Positions 40,849 to 49,885 of a DNA stretch of 64,000 bases are shown piece after piece (position 1 is the stretch's first letter; each line of letters begins with the position of its first letter). The DNA is from Candidatus Woesebacteria bacterium (GTDB taxonomy: Bacteria; Patescibacteriota; Microgenomatia; UBA8517). The stretch covers positions 10,479 to 74,478 of the forward strand of contig OY970314.1 of NCBI GenBank assembly GCA_963716475.1, written 5' to 3'. A program made the translations under genes and the position numbers. Under the pieces are notes generated by a model, which worked only from the letters and a program-made list of their open reading frames with translations, had not been told where the DNA came from and made no database searches.

Positions 40849-41455
40849 GGGGAGCAGTGGGAGAAGTTGTCCCTATTCCGACATTGCCTGCAAAGTAGTT
40901 ATTTGAAGCTGTCTGGGAGTAGATTCCGTAGCTCCAGCCAGTCCCTATGTTAACTGCATACCCGGTTCCTGCCCCTGCTGTTATGCCGTCAATCTTAATG
41001 GCATTCTCGGAAACACCGGATGTCGGAGTAAATCCTACCATTCTATATCCGTTCCAGGTACTGCCGCTGCCTACGGTGTTGGAGGTTAAATCGATTCTTT
41101 CGGCACTGGCTTCAATTGCACCCGACCCGGCCACGTAGCTGATTTGTATACCACTTACGCCTGCGGATGTAACCCCGTAACCGGTATTGGCAATATTGAC
41201 CATATCGGCAGTCGGAACGGCTGAGGTTGCGACTTTGATCTGTCCCGTTACATCGGAAACGGTAAGGCCGGCTGCCCAGGTGTTGGATCCTGATTTATAT
41301 GCCAGGGTAAGTGGACCGTATTGGGATCTGATGGCATCTCCGTATCCTACCGTCAGAGTACCGCTCATTGAGGCATCTCCTGTTGCCGCAAATACCTGGA
41401 ACCTGGCAGAAGCAGTTGAGTTTCCTCCTACTGCCAGATCATAATCCGATGAATT
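40660..41455. repeat. ~0.8-kb near-identical intragenic repeat, copy 2; spans the ORF junction and carries the extra C
   Basis: Same evidence as copy 1. Offset is 2692 nt from copy 1. Confidence 0.7.
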
Positions 41456-44400
41456 TGCAGGAGCCAGTACATGATTGGCAAGTTGCCAGTAGTTTATTCC
41501 GCTACAGCCGGATACACCTCCACCCGCATCACAGACCTGGTTTGCTCCCTGATATATGGTTGTTCCTTTGATATTTGTGCCATATATATTCCTCCAAAGT
41601 AATGAAGATGTTCCAAGATCAGATACGTTAGTAGTATTGGCTGCCACATACCCGCCGGCTATGTGATTGCTCGGATCAAGTGTAATGTTGCCTGTTGAGT
41701 TTCCACCGATTACCAACGGATTAAAGACAGTTGTCTGGATTGTTCCTGTTCCTGCCCTAAAGGCCAGGGTTCCTGAGACAGAGGCATTACCGGCAACATC
41801 CAATAGGGCAGTGGGGGAGGTTGTACCTATACCAACGTTGCCAGTACCTTTAAAAGTCACATTTCTGGTAAATGATGAGCTGGAACCGTATCCGAAAGAA
41901 ATATCGCCGCTGGAATCATAGGCGAATTCCTGAAGCAAACTGCTTTGTATACCGAATCCATAACCGGTTCCAGAACCGGCATCATAAAGAGCGATTTTGT
42001 TACCCAAAGTGGTTCCAAGTGAAAGTGGAAAGCTTGGGTTCGTTGTCCCAATACCAACATTGCCCGTTGCGGCTACATTTAATATTGAAGTTCCTGAAGA
42101 TGAGGCAACATTGAGCGGAGAAACCCCTGCCGTACCTAGGACATCCAGTTTACTTGCTGGGTTATTTATCCCAATGCCGACTTTACCACCTGTTATTCCC
42201 AAATCGCCGCTACTATTAACACCAAAATCTACATTGTTGAAATACGTTCCTTCTGTTAACCGTAATGCAATAGAGGAACTGGTTGTAATTCGGGCAGCCA
42301 AAGCGCTACCTGCTTCAACCTGGAGTTTATAGACAGGTGCTGTTGTCCCAATACCGATGTTGCCGGTTGAAGCCACGTTTAATAATGATCCGCCCGATGA
42401 TGATGCAACATTAAATGGAGAAACTCCTACTAAACCTAGAATGTCCAATCTGCTGACTGGTGTTGTTCCGATGCCAATATTTCCACCGGTAGGATTTAAT
42501 ACCAAGTCACCAAAAACTGAACCCTCGGCCGCTATTGATTGAATGGCGTTAACTCCGGATGTGTCCGCACTTCTCCCCATGCGTAGATAAGTCCCTCCTG
42601 TGTCGGTATTACCAACGGCAAATGGCCAATAATATCCGCTTGCAGACGATCCCAGAGGGCGCACCTGCAAAGAAGTGGTTGGGCTTGTTGTCCCAATACC
42701 CAGGTCGCCAGTCCCTAAGTTAAACCAGGCATTATTGTTGGTAATTCCAGGTACATGGAAGGTGGTTGAGGCTGAAGTGCTGGCGGTATTGCCTATATTA
42801 AGTGCATATAAATTGTTGGCGGGGGAAAGGGAGACACCGCCTGTTAGTTGCCAGTAGTTGGTTCCGCCGCAGCCGGATACACCTCCACCCGCATCACAGA
42901 CCTGGTTTACTCCCTGGTATAGTTTCTGTGCATATATGTTCCTGAATTCCAAAGAGGAGGAAGTACCAAGGTCTATAGCATTATTGGCGCCGGGAACAAC
43001 ATTACCTGCATTAGTGGAAGGAGAGAGGATAATATTACCCGTGTTATTTCCTCCTATGGTTAAAGGACTAAAGGCTGTTGTTTGAATGTATCCTGTCCCT
43101 GCCCTGAATGCCAGAGTTCCTGAGACTGAAGCATTGCCATTGACATCAAGTGCTACTGATGGAGTAGTTGTTCCAATTCCAACATATCCGTTTATATCAG
43201 TTAGAGTTAATCCTGCAACAAAGGAATTTGAACCCGATTTGTAACGTAAAGTAAGAGGACCGTAAGCGGGTTGAATACCGTTTCCATAGCCAATAGTTAG
43301 TGATCCGGACATACTGGCATCTCCTGTTGCCGCAAATACCTGGAACCTGGCAGAAGCAGTTGAGTTTCCTCCTACTGCCAGATCATAATCCGATGAATTT
43401 GCAGGAGCTAAAACATGGTTGGCAAGTTGCCAGTAGTTTATTCCGCTACAGCCGGATACACCTCCGCCTGCATCACAGACCTGGTTTGCTCCCTGATATA
43501 TGGTTGTTCCTTTGATATTTGTGCCATATATATTCCTCCAAAGTAATGAAGATGTTCCAAGATCAGATACGTTAGTAGTATTGGCTGCCACATACCCGCC
43601 GGCTATGTGATTGCTCGGATCAAGTGTAATGTTGCCTGTTGAGTTTCCACCGATTACCAACGGATTAAAGACAGTTGTCTGGATTGTTCCTGTTCCTGCC
43701 CTAAAGGCCAGAGTTCCGGAAACTGAAGCCGCTCCGGCAACATCAAGGGGAGCAGTGGGTGAAGTTGTCCCTATTCCGACATTGCCTGCAAAGTAGTTAT
43801 TTGAAGCTGTCTGGGAGTAGATTCCGTAGCTCCAGCCAGTCCCTATGTTAACTGCATACCCGGTTCCTGCCCCTGCTGTTATGCCGTCAATCTTAATGGC
43901 ATTCTCGGAAACACCGGACGTCGGGGTAAATCCTACCATTCTATATCCGTTCCAGGTACTGCCGCTGCCTACGGTGTTGGAGGTTAAATCGATTCTTTCG
44001 GCACTGGCTTCAATTGCACCTGAACCTGCCACGTAGGTGAGCTGTATGGCACTACTTCCTGCCGTGGTAACCGGGTAACCCGTGTTGCTAACGGTAAACA
44101 CATCAGTAGTCGGAGCAACAGAGGCTGCAATTTTGACTGCTCCAGTTACATCGGCAATAGTTAACCCGGGTGACCAGGTATTGGATCCTGATTTATAATT
44201 CAAGGTGAGTGGGCCGTATGCACTTTGTATGGCTTGTCCGTTGGCAATCGTCAGAGTACCGCTCATTGAGGCATTACCTGTTGCTGCAAATACCTGGAAC
44301 CTGGCAGAAGCAGTTGAGTTTCCTCCTACTGCCAGATCATAATCCGATGAATTTGCAGGAGCTAAAACATGGTTGGCAAGTTGCCAGTAGTTTATTCCGC

Positions 44401-47400
44401 TACAGCCTGATACACCTCCGCCTGCATCACAGACCTGGTTTACGCCCTGATATAGTTTCTGTGCATATATGTTCCTGAATTCCAGAGAAGAGGAAGTACC
44501 TAAATCAGTTCTGTCTGTGATACCCGGAGAGACATTTCCTCCTGTTATATTATTGGAAGGAGCAAGGACAATGTTGCCTGTTGTTGTTCCCCCAATGGTT
44601 AAAGGACTAAAGGTGTTTGTCTGGATGGATGATGCTCCTGCATGGAATAAAAGACCGCTTACGGATGCATTTCCGTAAACATCCAGGTTGACACCTGGAA
44701 CACCTCCTATACCAAGCCAACCTTGTATAAAAACATTGCCATTGGTAAAATAGCCTGCCCAATTCGTAGTCCCGCCTGTGGCGGTACCGTAGACGCCATA
44801 ATTTGTTGCGGATCCTTGTGCGTTCCCCTCGACCCCATAGACATTACTATTGCCTTTGGCGACGCCGAGTACGCCAATATTGGATCCTAAAGTACTGAGA
44901 GCATTGCCGGTGATAGCGGTTTGGCTGCTGTCATTGGTGGTGGTGATTAAACCAGCGCCGTAACCGATAGCTGCTAATATTTCTAATTTTGCTGTTGGTG
45001 CCGTTGTTCCAATACCAACATTGCCAAGCGAAGCCACGGGATTAAGAAGTATATTTCCGGTGGTGTCGTAGGTTGATGAATTTCCAAGAACTAGATTGTT
45101 ACGGTTTGTTGTGGATATATTTCCGTTGCCGTCAATAAAAGTAGCTACCCCTGCAGTTGTTCCTGCGATACTGGCTGTGGGTGTTCCTCCTGTGGGAATA
45201 CCTGTGAAAGCAAACTTGGCACTGGTGGTGGCTGTTGCCGCCGTGGCACCAAAGAAAACATTAACAGTATTATTAAGTGGGTAAATGGATCCTAGGGATT
45301 GTCCCCAGATGGTAGCTCCTGCGGGGCATCCTGTGCCTCCCGCATCACAGACCTGATTTGCTCCCTGATATATGGTTGTTCCTTTGATATTTGTGCCATA
45401 TATATTCCTCCAAAGTAGGGAAGAAGTTCCAAGGTCGCTTACATTTGTGGTATTTGGTGCCACATATCCGCCGGCGATGTGATTGCTCGGATCGAGTGTG
45501 ATATTACCTGTTGAATTTCCACCAATGACCAGTGGATTAAAAGCAGTGGTTTGGATAGTTGGTGAACCGGCTGTTCTAAAGGTTAGTGATCCCGATACTG
45601 AGGCTGCTCCGGCCACATCAAGCGTGGAGGTTGGAGCAGTTGTACCGATTCCGACCCTGGAGTTATTGGTATCAAGTGACATAAGAGTGGATTCAAAAGA
45701 AAGGGCATTGACGGTAGCATTTTTAAGATCAAGGTTTGGTGTGCTGTTACTGAGTGTCCAGGTATTGGGCCAGATGGTTAAGCTGTCACCCGTGGCATCT
45801 CCAAGTGTGGTATTACCCTGGATTGTTCCTGCATTTAGAATGGCATTCCCTGAAGAATCAATAGAGTAGGTAGTTCCGTTAAAGTAAAGGTATCCTGCCC
45901 CGGTTGTTAAGTTGGCTCCGTTGGCAGTTAGGGCAGTTGAACCTCTGGAGTTAATGATGACATTACCTGTGGAAGTGCCTCCGAGTGTCAGGTCCTGGGC
46001 TTTGGTTGTTGATAAGACTCCGTTACCCGTCAGGTAAGTGGCATACCCTGCGGCACTTCCCGCAATACTGGCTGTGGGAGTTCCACCGGTATTTACCCCT
46101 GTGAAAGCAAACTTGGCAGAGGAGGTGGCAGTTGAACCGATGAGAAGATCAACGCTGCTATTCTTGGGATATATGGCTCCGGCGGCTACGCTCCAGAGAT
46201 CGGTAGCTGCCGCACAGTTTCCAGAAGAATCACAAACTGCATTGTTACCGGCTCCCTGGTAGAATGACGTGGCATATATATTCCTCCAGAGCAGGGAAGA
46301 AGTACCAAGGTCAGATACATTTGTGGTATTTGGTGCAACATATCCGCCGGCGATGTGGTTAGAAGGATCGAGCGTGATATTACCGGTTGAATTTCCACCA
46401 ATGACCAGTGGATTAAAAGCAGTGGTTTGGATGGTTGGTGAACCGGCTGTTCTAAAGGTTAGTGATCCTGATACTGAGGCTGCTCCGGCTACATCAAGTG
46501 TGGAGGTTGGAGCAGTTGTACCGATTCCGACCCTGCCTGTTCCCAAATTAAACCAAGCATCCGCATTATTGGTTCCGGGTACGTGGAAGTAGGCTGAGGT
46601 ACTGGCAGTGTTACCTACATTAAATGCATATGTTGAGTTAGCAGGGGATAGTGAGACCCCGCCGGTTAGTTGCCAGTAGTTAGTTCCGAGTGTGGCAGGA
46701 TCACTCCAAGTATTGACTCCTCCTGCAGCTGAAGTTAGGAGATATCCTGAGGCACCGGCTACTCCTCCCGGAAGTAGGGCATTGGAGTACGAGACGTTGC
46801 CGATTCCTGCTAAAGCATTACCACTACCTACATTCAGGGAAGCAGACATTGTGGCGTAACCTGTTAAATTGAAGTTTCCATTTACATCCAGTAATTGTGA
46901 TGGGGAGGTGGTACCAATACCTACGTTGCCTGCGTTTGTTATTCTCATCTTTTCTGTTAATGCTCCTCCGGAAGAATTAGAAGTTAAAAATTGCATATAA
47001 CCGGCGGCATTTCCATCCGAGGCGTTTTCCTTTCTGCCAGCTAGACCTGCGAATGGAGTTGAAACTCCGCCGGAAGAGTAAATACCACCAATAGAAATTT
47101 GGCCGCCCTTGTCTATTGCATAAGCGTCCGTCGAAGAAACATAAACATTTCCTTTTGAGTTAAGAGCCTGGTTTGCACCGGCGGCATGTAATATGGCTAG
47201 GGGAGACGTTGTCCCAATTCCCACACTCCCGGCCGCATCAATAATAACCTTTGTTGTAGAGCTATTGACAAACTCAGCGAGAGTCCCGCTTGCAGCGGCT
47301 GAGTTAACTTCTACGTGTAGTCCTACGATTGTAGAGGAAAGGTTTTGAGCTCCGGCTTTAAACCAGCCTGCATATGCTTTATCTCCGGCGACGTCTCCCG

Positions 47401-49882
47401 TACCTCGGGCAGTACCAATAACCCCGTAATTTATTCCTGTCCCAGTGCCAAGAGTTCTTCCTTCTGTACCCAATATGGCGAAATTTGTTCCCGACGGTTC
47501 ATATCCCGTAGATGCACCCTGGACATACAGTTTTGCTGTCGGAGCGGTGACTCCAACTCCCACATTTCCAGTTCCCAGATTAAACCAGGCATTATTGTTG
47601 GTAATTCCGGGTACATGGAAGGTGGTTGAGGCTGAAGTGCTGGCGGTATTGCCTATATTAAGTGCATATAAATTATTGGCAGGGGAAAGGGAGACCCCAC
47701 CTGTTAGTTGCCAGTAGTTGGTACAACCTGAGCCGCTACTGTCGCACACCTGGTTTACTCCCTGATATAGTTTCTGCCCATATATGTTTCTGAACTCCAG
47801 GGAAGAGGAAGTACCAAGATCTGTTTTATCTGTGGAGCCCGGGGAGACATTACCTCCCAAAACATTATTTAAAGGAGCGAGGACGATATTGCCCGTTGTA
47901 GTTCCCCCGATTGTTAACAGATTTGAGGCAGTGGTTTGAACAGACCTTGATCCTCCTGCAAGTGTTAAATCACCCGAAGCTGAAGCACTTCCTGTTACAA
48001 CCAATAGGCCGCTTGCCGGGGTGATCGTGATATTTCCGGAAAGGTTTGAGATGCTCGAAGAGGCATTGTACAGATTTAAAGTTCCGTCATTGGACAGGGT
48101 CAATCTGGTTGAGCCCGATGCTGATGCAGTAAGTATATCTTGTGATTCATACTGATCTACCAGGAATGCCGCTTTCCCGGTCGCGTTGGCTGAGGGTGCA
48201 ACAACAGAGAGTTTTGAAAATGGAGAGGATGTCCCTATACCTATGTTCCCGAAGCCGTTGGGATTAAGGAGAACATTTCCGGTTGTGTTGTAGGTTGAGG
48301 AGTTACCGATGGTTATGCTATTGCGGAGAGTGCTTGAAATGTTACCGTTTCCGTCAATGAAGGTGGCAACACCGGCTGTTGAACCGGAGATACTTGCTGT
48401 CGGAGTATTTTTCAGAACGTTAATGAATGCAAACTTGGCACTGGCTGTGGCACTATTCCCGATTAAAAGATCCATAGTGGTATTACCCGGATATATGGTT
48501 CCGAGGCCAAGGGCCCAGTAGTTGGTTCCAAGGCTTGAAGGGCTTGTCCAAGTAGGCGGTCCGCTATTATTGTGCGTTGTTAAAATATTACCTTCAGTTC
48601 CTGCACCAAGTATTCCACCCATAGTAGTGGTGCTATCGTAGTAGGGAATTGCATACTGAGTGGCCGACGAGTTATTTGCTCCTGTCCCGCCGTATTGTAT
48701 GGGGACAACGCCGCCGTGCCAGGTTCCGCCTGTTATTGTTCCACCGGAGACCGCCAAGCCGTTAATTGTTCCCGATGCTGTTGCATTTCCAACTGCATCA
48801 ACAACAAATCTGTTTGCTGGTGTTGCCCCTGCCTGTAATTGTAGGAGATTGTAACCCGTGGCATTACTGGCGACGGCTCCGTAATAAAGAGATTTTGAGG
48901 TGAGGTTGGCGTCTGTCGCGTTCACAAATCCTCCTGCGCTGCCTCCCGGAGCAGCCCCCGAAAAGTTAAAATTAGCAGATCCGGTTCCATCTGGTGCGAT
49001 AGTGATTGATCCATTAGAACTTGTAGGAGTGCTTATTGTCAGAACTTGTCCTTCAATTGCAAATGTGCCCGATGTTGACTGAATTTTGGGAGAGCCTGCT
49101 GCAATGACCATCTGCCCGGAGTTATTCAATACGGGAACGGTATTGATTGTCGCGGATGAACTGGCCGGATAGCCTTGCAGAGTTTCGGAGTTCAAAGCAT
49201 AGGCAACGGTTGCGATCTGGACTCTGGGAATGGCCTCGGCATCGGCTGCAACAGTAACTCCCAGCCAGACAGCCGCGTTATCCGAAAAAACGCTGCTTGT
49301 AAGTTCTGTTCCGCATCCGTTTCCGAGGAGGATAGAGAAGACTCCATCAATGTCCGGAGAAACGGAACATGAACCTGAATTCCAAAGTGTGCTGCCACCG
49401 CTGGAATTATCGTATAGTTTGAATACAACACCAGTAGCAGTTGTTATCGGATTTCCAAATTGATTTGTCAGCCTGCCCTGGAATGATAGGTAACGGTTCG
49501 GACGGTTCAAGGCAGTAAGAGCGAACGGGGAAGTGGCATTCTTAAAAAACTGATTATATATTCCCAGGCCGACCAGAGATGTAAGGATTAAGGCTATCGC
49601 AATATTAAGATAGTTAACTCCAGGTATGCTTCGATACCTATTGTACCAATTGTAAAGCCTGATTTTCCCCGCAGGTTTTGCGGAGATTTTCCTTTCCTTT
49701 TGCTTTTGAGCCGAGAGAAGATCTCCAAGATTTGTATCTACAATGCCTTCACTTTTAGCCCAGTCAAGAAACTTGCCGATGGATATTGATTTTCTTTTAA
49801 CTGTTGCGGGCGAGAAGTGCCCGATAAGTTCTTCCTGATATTTTCTTATTAAATCCGGTGTGATATTGGGCAGGGTAGCCAT
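40802..49882 (-). CDS. Giant repetitive surface protein, 3026-aa ORF: cytoplasmic SAM-like half-domain, one TM, then tail-fibre-like repeat modules
   Basis: N-terminus 'ITPDLIRKYQEELIGHFSPATVKRKSISIGKFLDWAKSEG' (integrase core-binding-like). TM 'YLNIAIALILTSLVGLGIY'. Then repeats identical in part to the 2648-aa ORF. It ends '..DVAGNGLCLRNPGL*' exactly where the sibling repeats read '..DVAGNASVSGTLAFRAG'. Confidence 0.8.
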   Translation of the reverse strand: MATLPNITPDLIRKYQEELIGHFSPATVKRKSISIGKFLDWAKSEGIVDTNLGDLLSAQKQKERKISAKPAGKIRLYNWYNRYRSIPGVNYLNIAIALILTSLVGLGIYNQFFKNATSPFALTALNRPNRYLSFQGRLTNQFGNPITTATGVVFKLYDNSSGGSTLWNSGSCSVSPDIDGVFSILLGNGCGTELTSSVFSDNAAVWLGVTVAADAEAIPRVQIATVAYALNSETLQGYPASSSATINTVPVLNNSGQMVIAAGSPKIQSTSGTFAIEGQVLTISTPTSSNGSITIAPDGTGSANFNFSGAAPGGSAGGFVNATDANLTSKSLYYGAVASNATGYNLLQLQAGATPANRFVVDAVGNATASGTINGLAVSGGTITGGTWHGGVVPIQYGGTGANNSSATQYAIPYYDSTTTMGGILGAGTEGNILTTHNNSGPPTWTSPSSLGTNYWALGLGTIYPGNTTMDLLIGNSATASAKFAFINVLKNTPTASISGSTAGVATFIDGNGNISSTLRNSITIGNSSTYNTTGNVLLNPNGFGNIGIGTSSPFSKLSVVAPSANATGKAAFLVDQYESQDILTASASGSTRLTLSNDGTLNLYNASSSISNLSGNITITPASGLLVVTGSASASGDLTLAGGSRSVQTTASNLLTIGGTTTGNIVLAPLNNVLGGNVSPGSTDKTDLGTSSSLEFRNIYGQKLYQGVNQVCDSSGSGCTNYWQLTGGVSLSPANNLYALNIGNTASTSASTTFHVPGITNNNAWFNLGTGNVGVGVTAPTAKLYVQGASTGYEPSGTNFAILGTEGRTLGTGTGINYGVIGTARGTGDVAGDKAYAGWFKAGAQNLSSTIVGLHVEVNSAAASGTLAEFVNSSTTKVIIDAAGSVGIGTTSPLAILHAAGANQALNSKGNVYVSSTDAYAIDKGGQISIGGIYSSGGVSTPFAGLAGRKENASDGNAAGYMQFLTSNSSGGALTEKMRITNAGNVGIGTTSPSQLLDVNGNFNLTGYATMSASLNVGSGNALAGIGNVSYSNALLPGGVAGASGYLLTSAAGGVNTWSDPATLGTNYWQLTGGVSLSPANSTYAFNVGNTASTSAYFHVPGTNNADAWFNLGTGRVGIGTTAPTSTLDVAGAASVSGSLTFRTAGSPTIQTTAFNPLVIGGNSTGNITLDPSNHIAGGYVAPNTTNVSDLGTSSLLWRNIYATSFYQGAGNNAVCDSSGNCAAATDLWSVAAGAIYPKNSSVDLLIGSTATSSAKFAFTGVNTGGTPTASIAGSAAGYATYLTGNGVLSTTKAQDLTLGGTSTGNVIINSRGSTALTANGANLTTGAGYLYFNGTTYSIDSSGNAILNAGTIQGNTTLGDATGDSLTIWPNTWTLSNSTPNLDLKNATVNALSFESTLMSLDTNNSRVGIGTTAPTSTLDVAGAASVSGSLTFRTAGSPTIQTTAFNPLVIGGNSTGNITLDPSNHIAGGYVAPNTTNVSDLGTSSLLWRNIYGTNIKGTTIYQGANQVCDAGGTGCPAGATIWGQSLGSIYPLNNTVNVFFGATAATATTSAKFAFTGIPTGGTPTASIAGTTAGVATFIDGNGNISTTNRNNLVLGNSSTYDTTGNILLNPVASLGNVGIGTTAPTAKLEILAAIGYGAGLITTTNDSSQTAITGNALSTLGSNIGVLGVAKGNSNVYGVEGNAQGSATNYGVYGTATGGTTNWAGYFTNGNVFIQGWLGIGGVPGVNLDVYGNASVSGLLFHAGASSIQTNTFSPLTIGGTTTGNIVLAPSNNITGGNVSPGITDRTDLGTSSSLEFRNIYAQKLYQGVNQVCDAGGGVSGCSGINYWQLANHVLAPANSSDYDLAVGGNSTASARFQVFAATGNASMSGTLTIANGQAIQSAYGPLTLNYKSGSNTWSPGLTIADVTGAVKIAASVAPTTDVFTVSNTGYPVTTAGSSAIQLTYVAGSGAIEASAERIDLTSNTVGSGSTWNGYRMVGFTPTSGVSENAIKIDGITAGAGTGYAVNIGTGWSYGIYSQTASNNYFAGNVGIGTTSPTAPLDVAGAASVSGTLAFRAGTGTIQTTVFNPLVIGGNSTGNITLDPSNHIAGGYVAANTTNVSDLGTSSLLWRNIYGTNIKGTTIYQGANQVCDAGGGVSGCSGINYWQLANHVLAPANSSDYDLAVGGNSTASARFQVFAATGDASMSGSLTIGYGNGIQPAYGPLTLRYKSGSNSFVAGLTLTDINGYVGIGTTTPSVALDVNGNASVSGTLAFRAGTGYIQTTAFSPLTIGGNNTGNIILSPSTNAGNVVPGANNAIDLGTSSSLEFRNIYAQKLYQGVNQVCDAGGGVSGCGGTNYWQLTGGVSLSPANNLYALNIGNTASTSASTTFHVPGITNNNAWFNLGTGDLGIGTTSPTTSLQVRPLGSSASGYYWPFAVGNTDTGGTYLRMGRSADTSGVNAIQSIAAEGSVFGDLVLNPTGGNIGIGTTPVSRLDILGLVGVSPFNVASSSGGSLLNVASTGNIGIGTTAPVYKLQVEAGSALAARITTSSSIALRLTEGTYFNNVDFGVNSSGDLGITGGKVGIGINNPASKLDVLGTAGVSPLNVASSSGTSILNVAATGNVGIGTTNPSFPLSLGTTLGNKIALYDAGSGTGYGFGIQSSLLQEFAYDSSGDISFGYGSSSSFTRNVTFKGTGNVGIGTTSPTALLDVAGNASVSGTLAFRAGTGTIQTTVFNPLVIGGNSTGNITLDPSNHIAGGYVAANTTNVSDLGTSSLLWRNIYGTNIKGTTIYQGANQVCDAGGGVSGCSGINYWQLANHVLAPANSSDYDLAVGGNSTASARFQVFAATGDASMSGTLTVGYGDAIRSQYGPLTLAYKSGSNTWAAGLTVSDVTGQIKVATSAVPTADMVNIANTGYGVTSAGVSGIQISYVAGSGAIEASAERIDLTSNTVGSGSTWNGYRMVGFTPTSGVSENAIKIDGITAGAGTGYAVNIGTGWSYGIYSQTASNNYFAGNVGIGTTSPTAPLDVAGNGLCLRNPGL
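43560..44050. repeat. Near-identical intragenic repeat, copy 3 (partial; coordinates approximate)
   Basis: 43845..44036 is identical to 38255..38446, and 43611..43796 is near-identical to 38021..38206. Confidence 0.6.
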
Positions 49883-49885
49883 AAG

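Noticed and set aside
37500-48600. Possibility of a CRISPR array given many direct repeats
   Set aside because: Repeat units are hundreds of bp long and in-frame coding with no short unique spacers, so these are protein-module repeats. No cas genes are present.
33077-49463. Dozens of 60-130-aa plus-strand ORFs, many with identical sequences recurring (e.g. 38255, 40947, 43845)
   Set aside because: They are antisense to the giant minus-strand CDS and recur only because the underlying coding DNA is repeated. They have no independent start context and are artefacts of repeat structure.
23741-49882. Higher GC of the giant genes as evidence of horizontal transfer
   Set aside because: The proteins are extremely Gly/Ala/Thr/Ser-rich, which by itself raises GC. 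Composition alone is not evidence of foreign origin.
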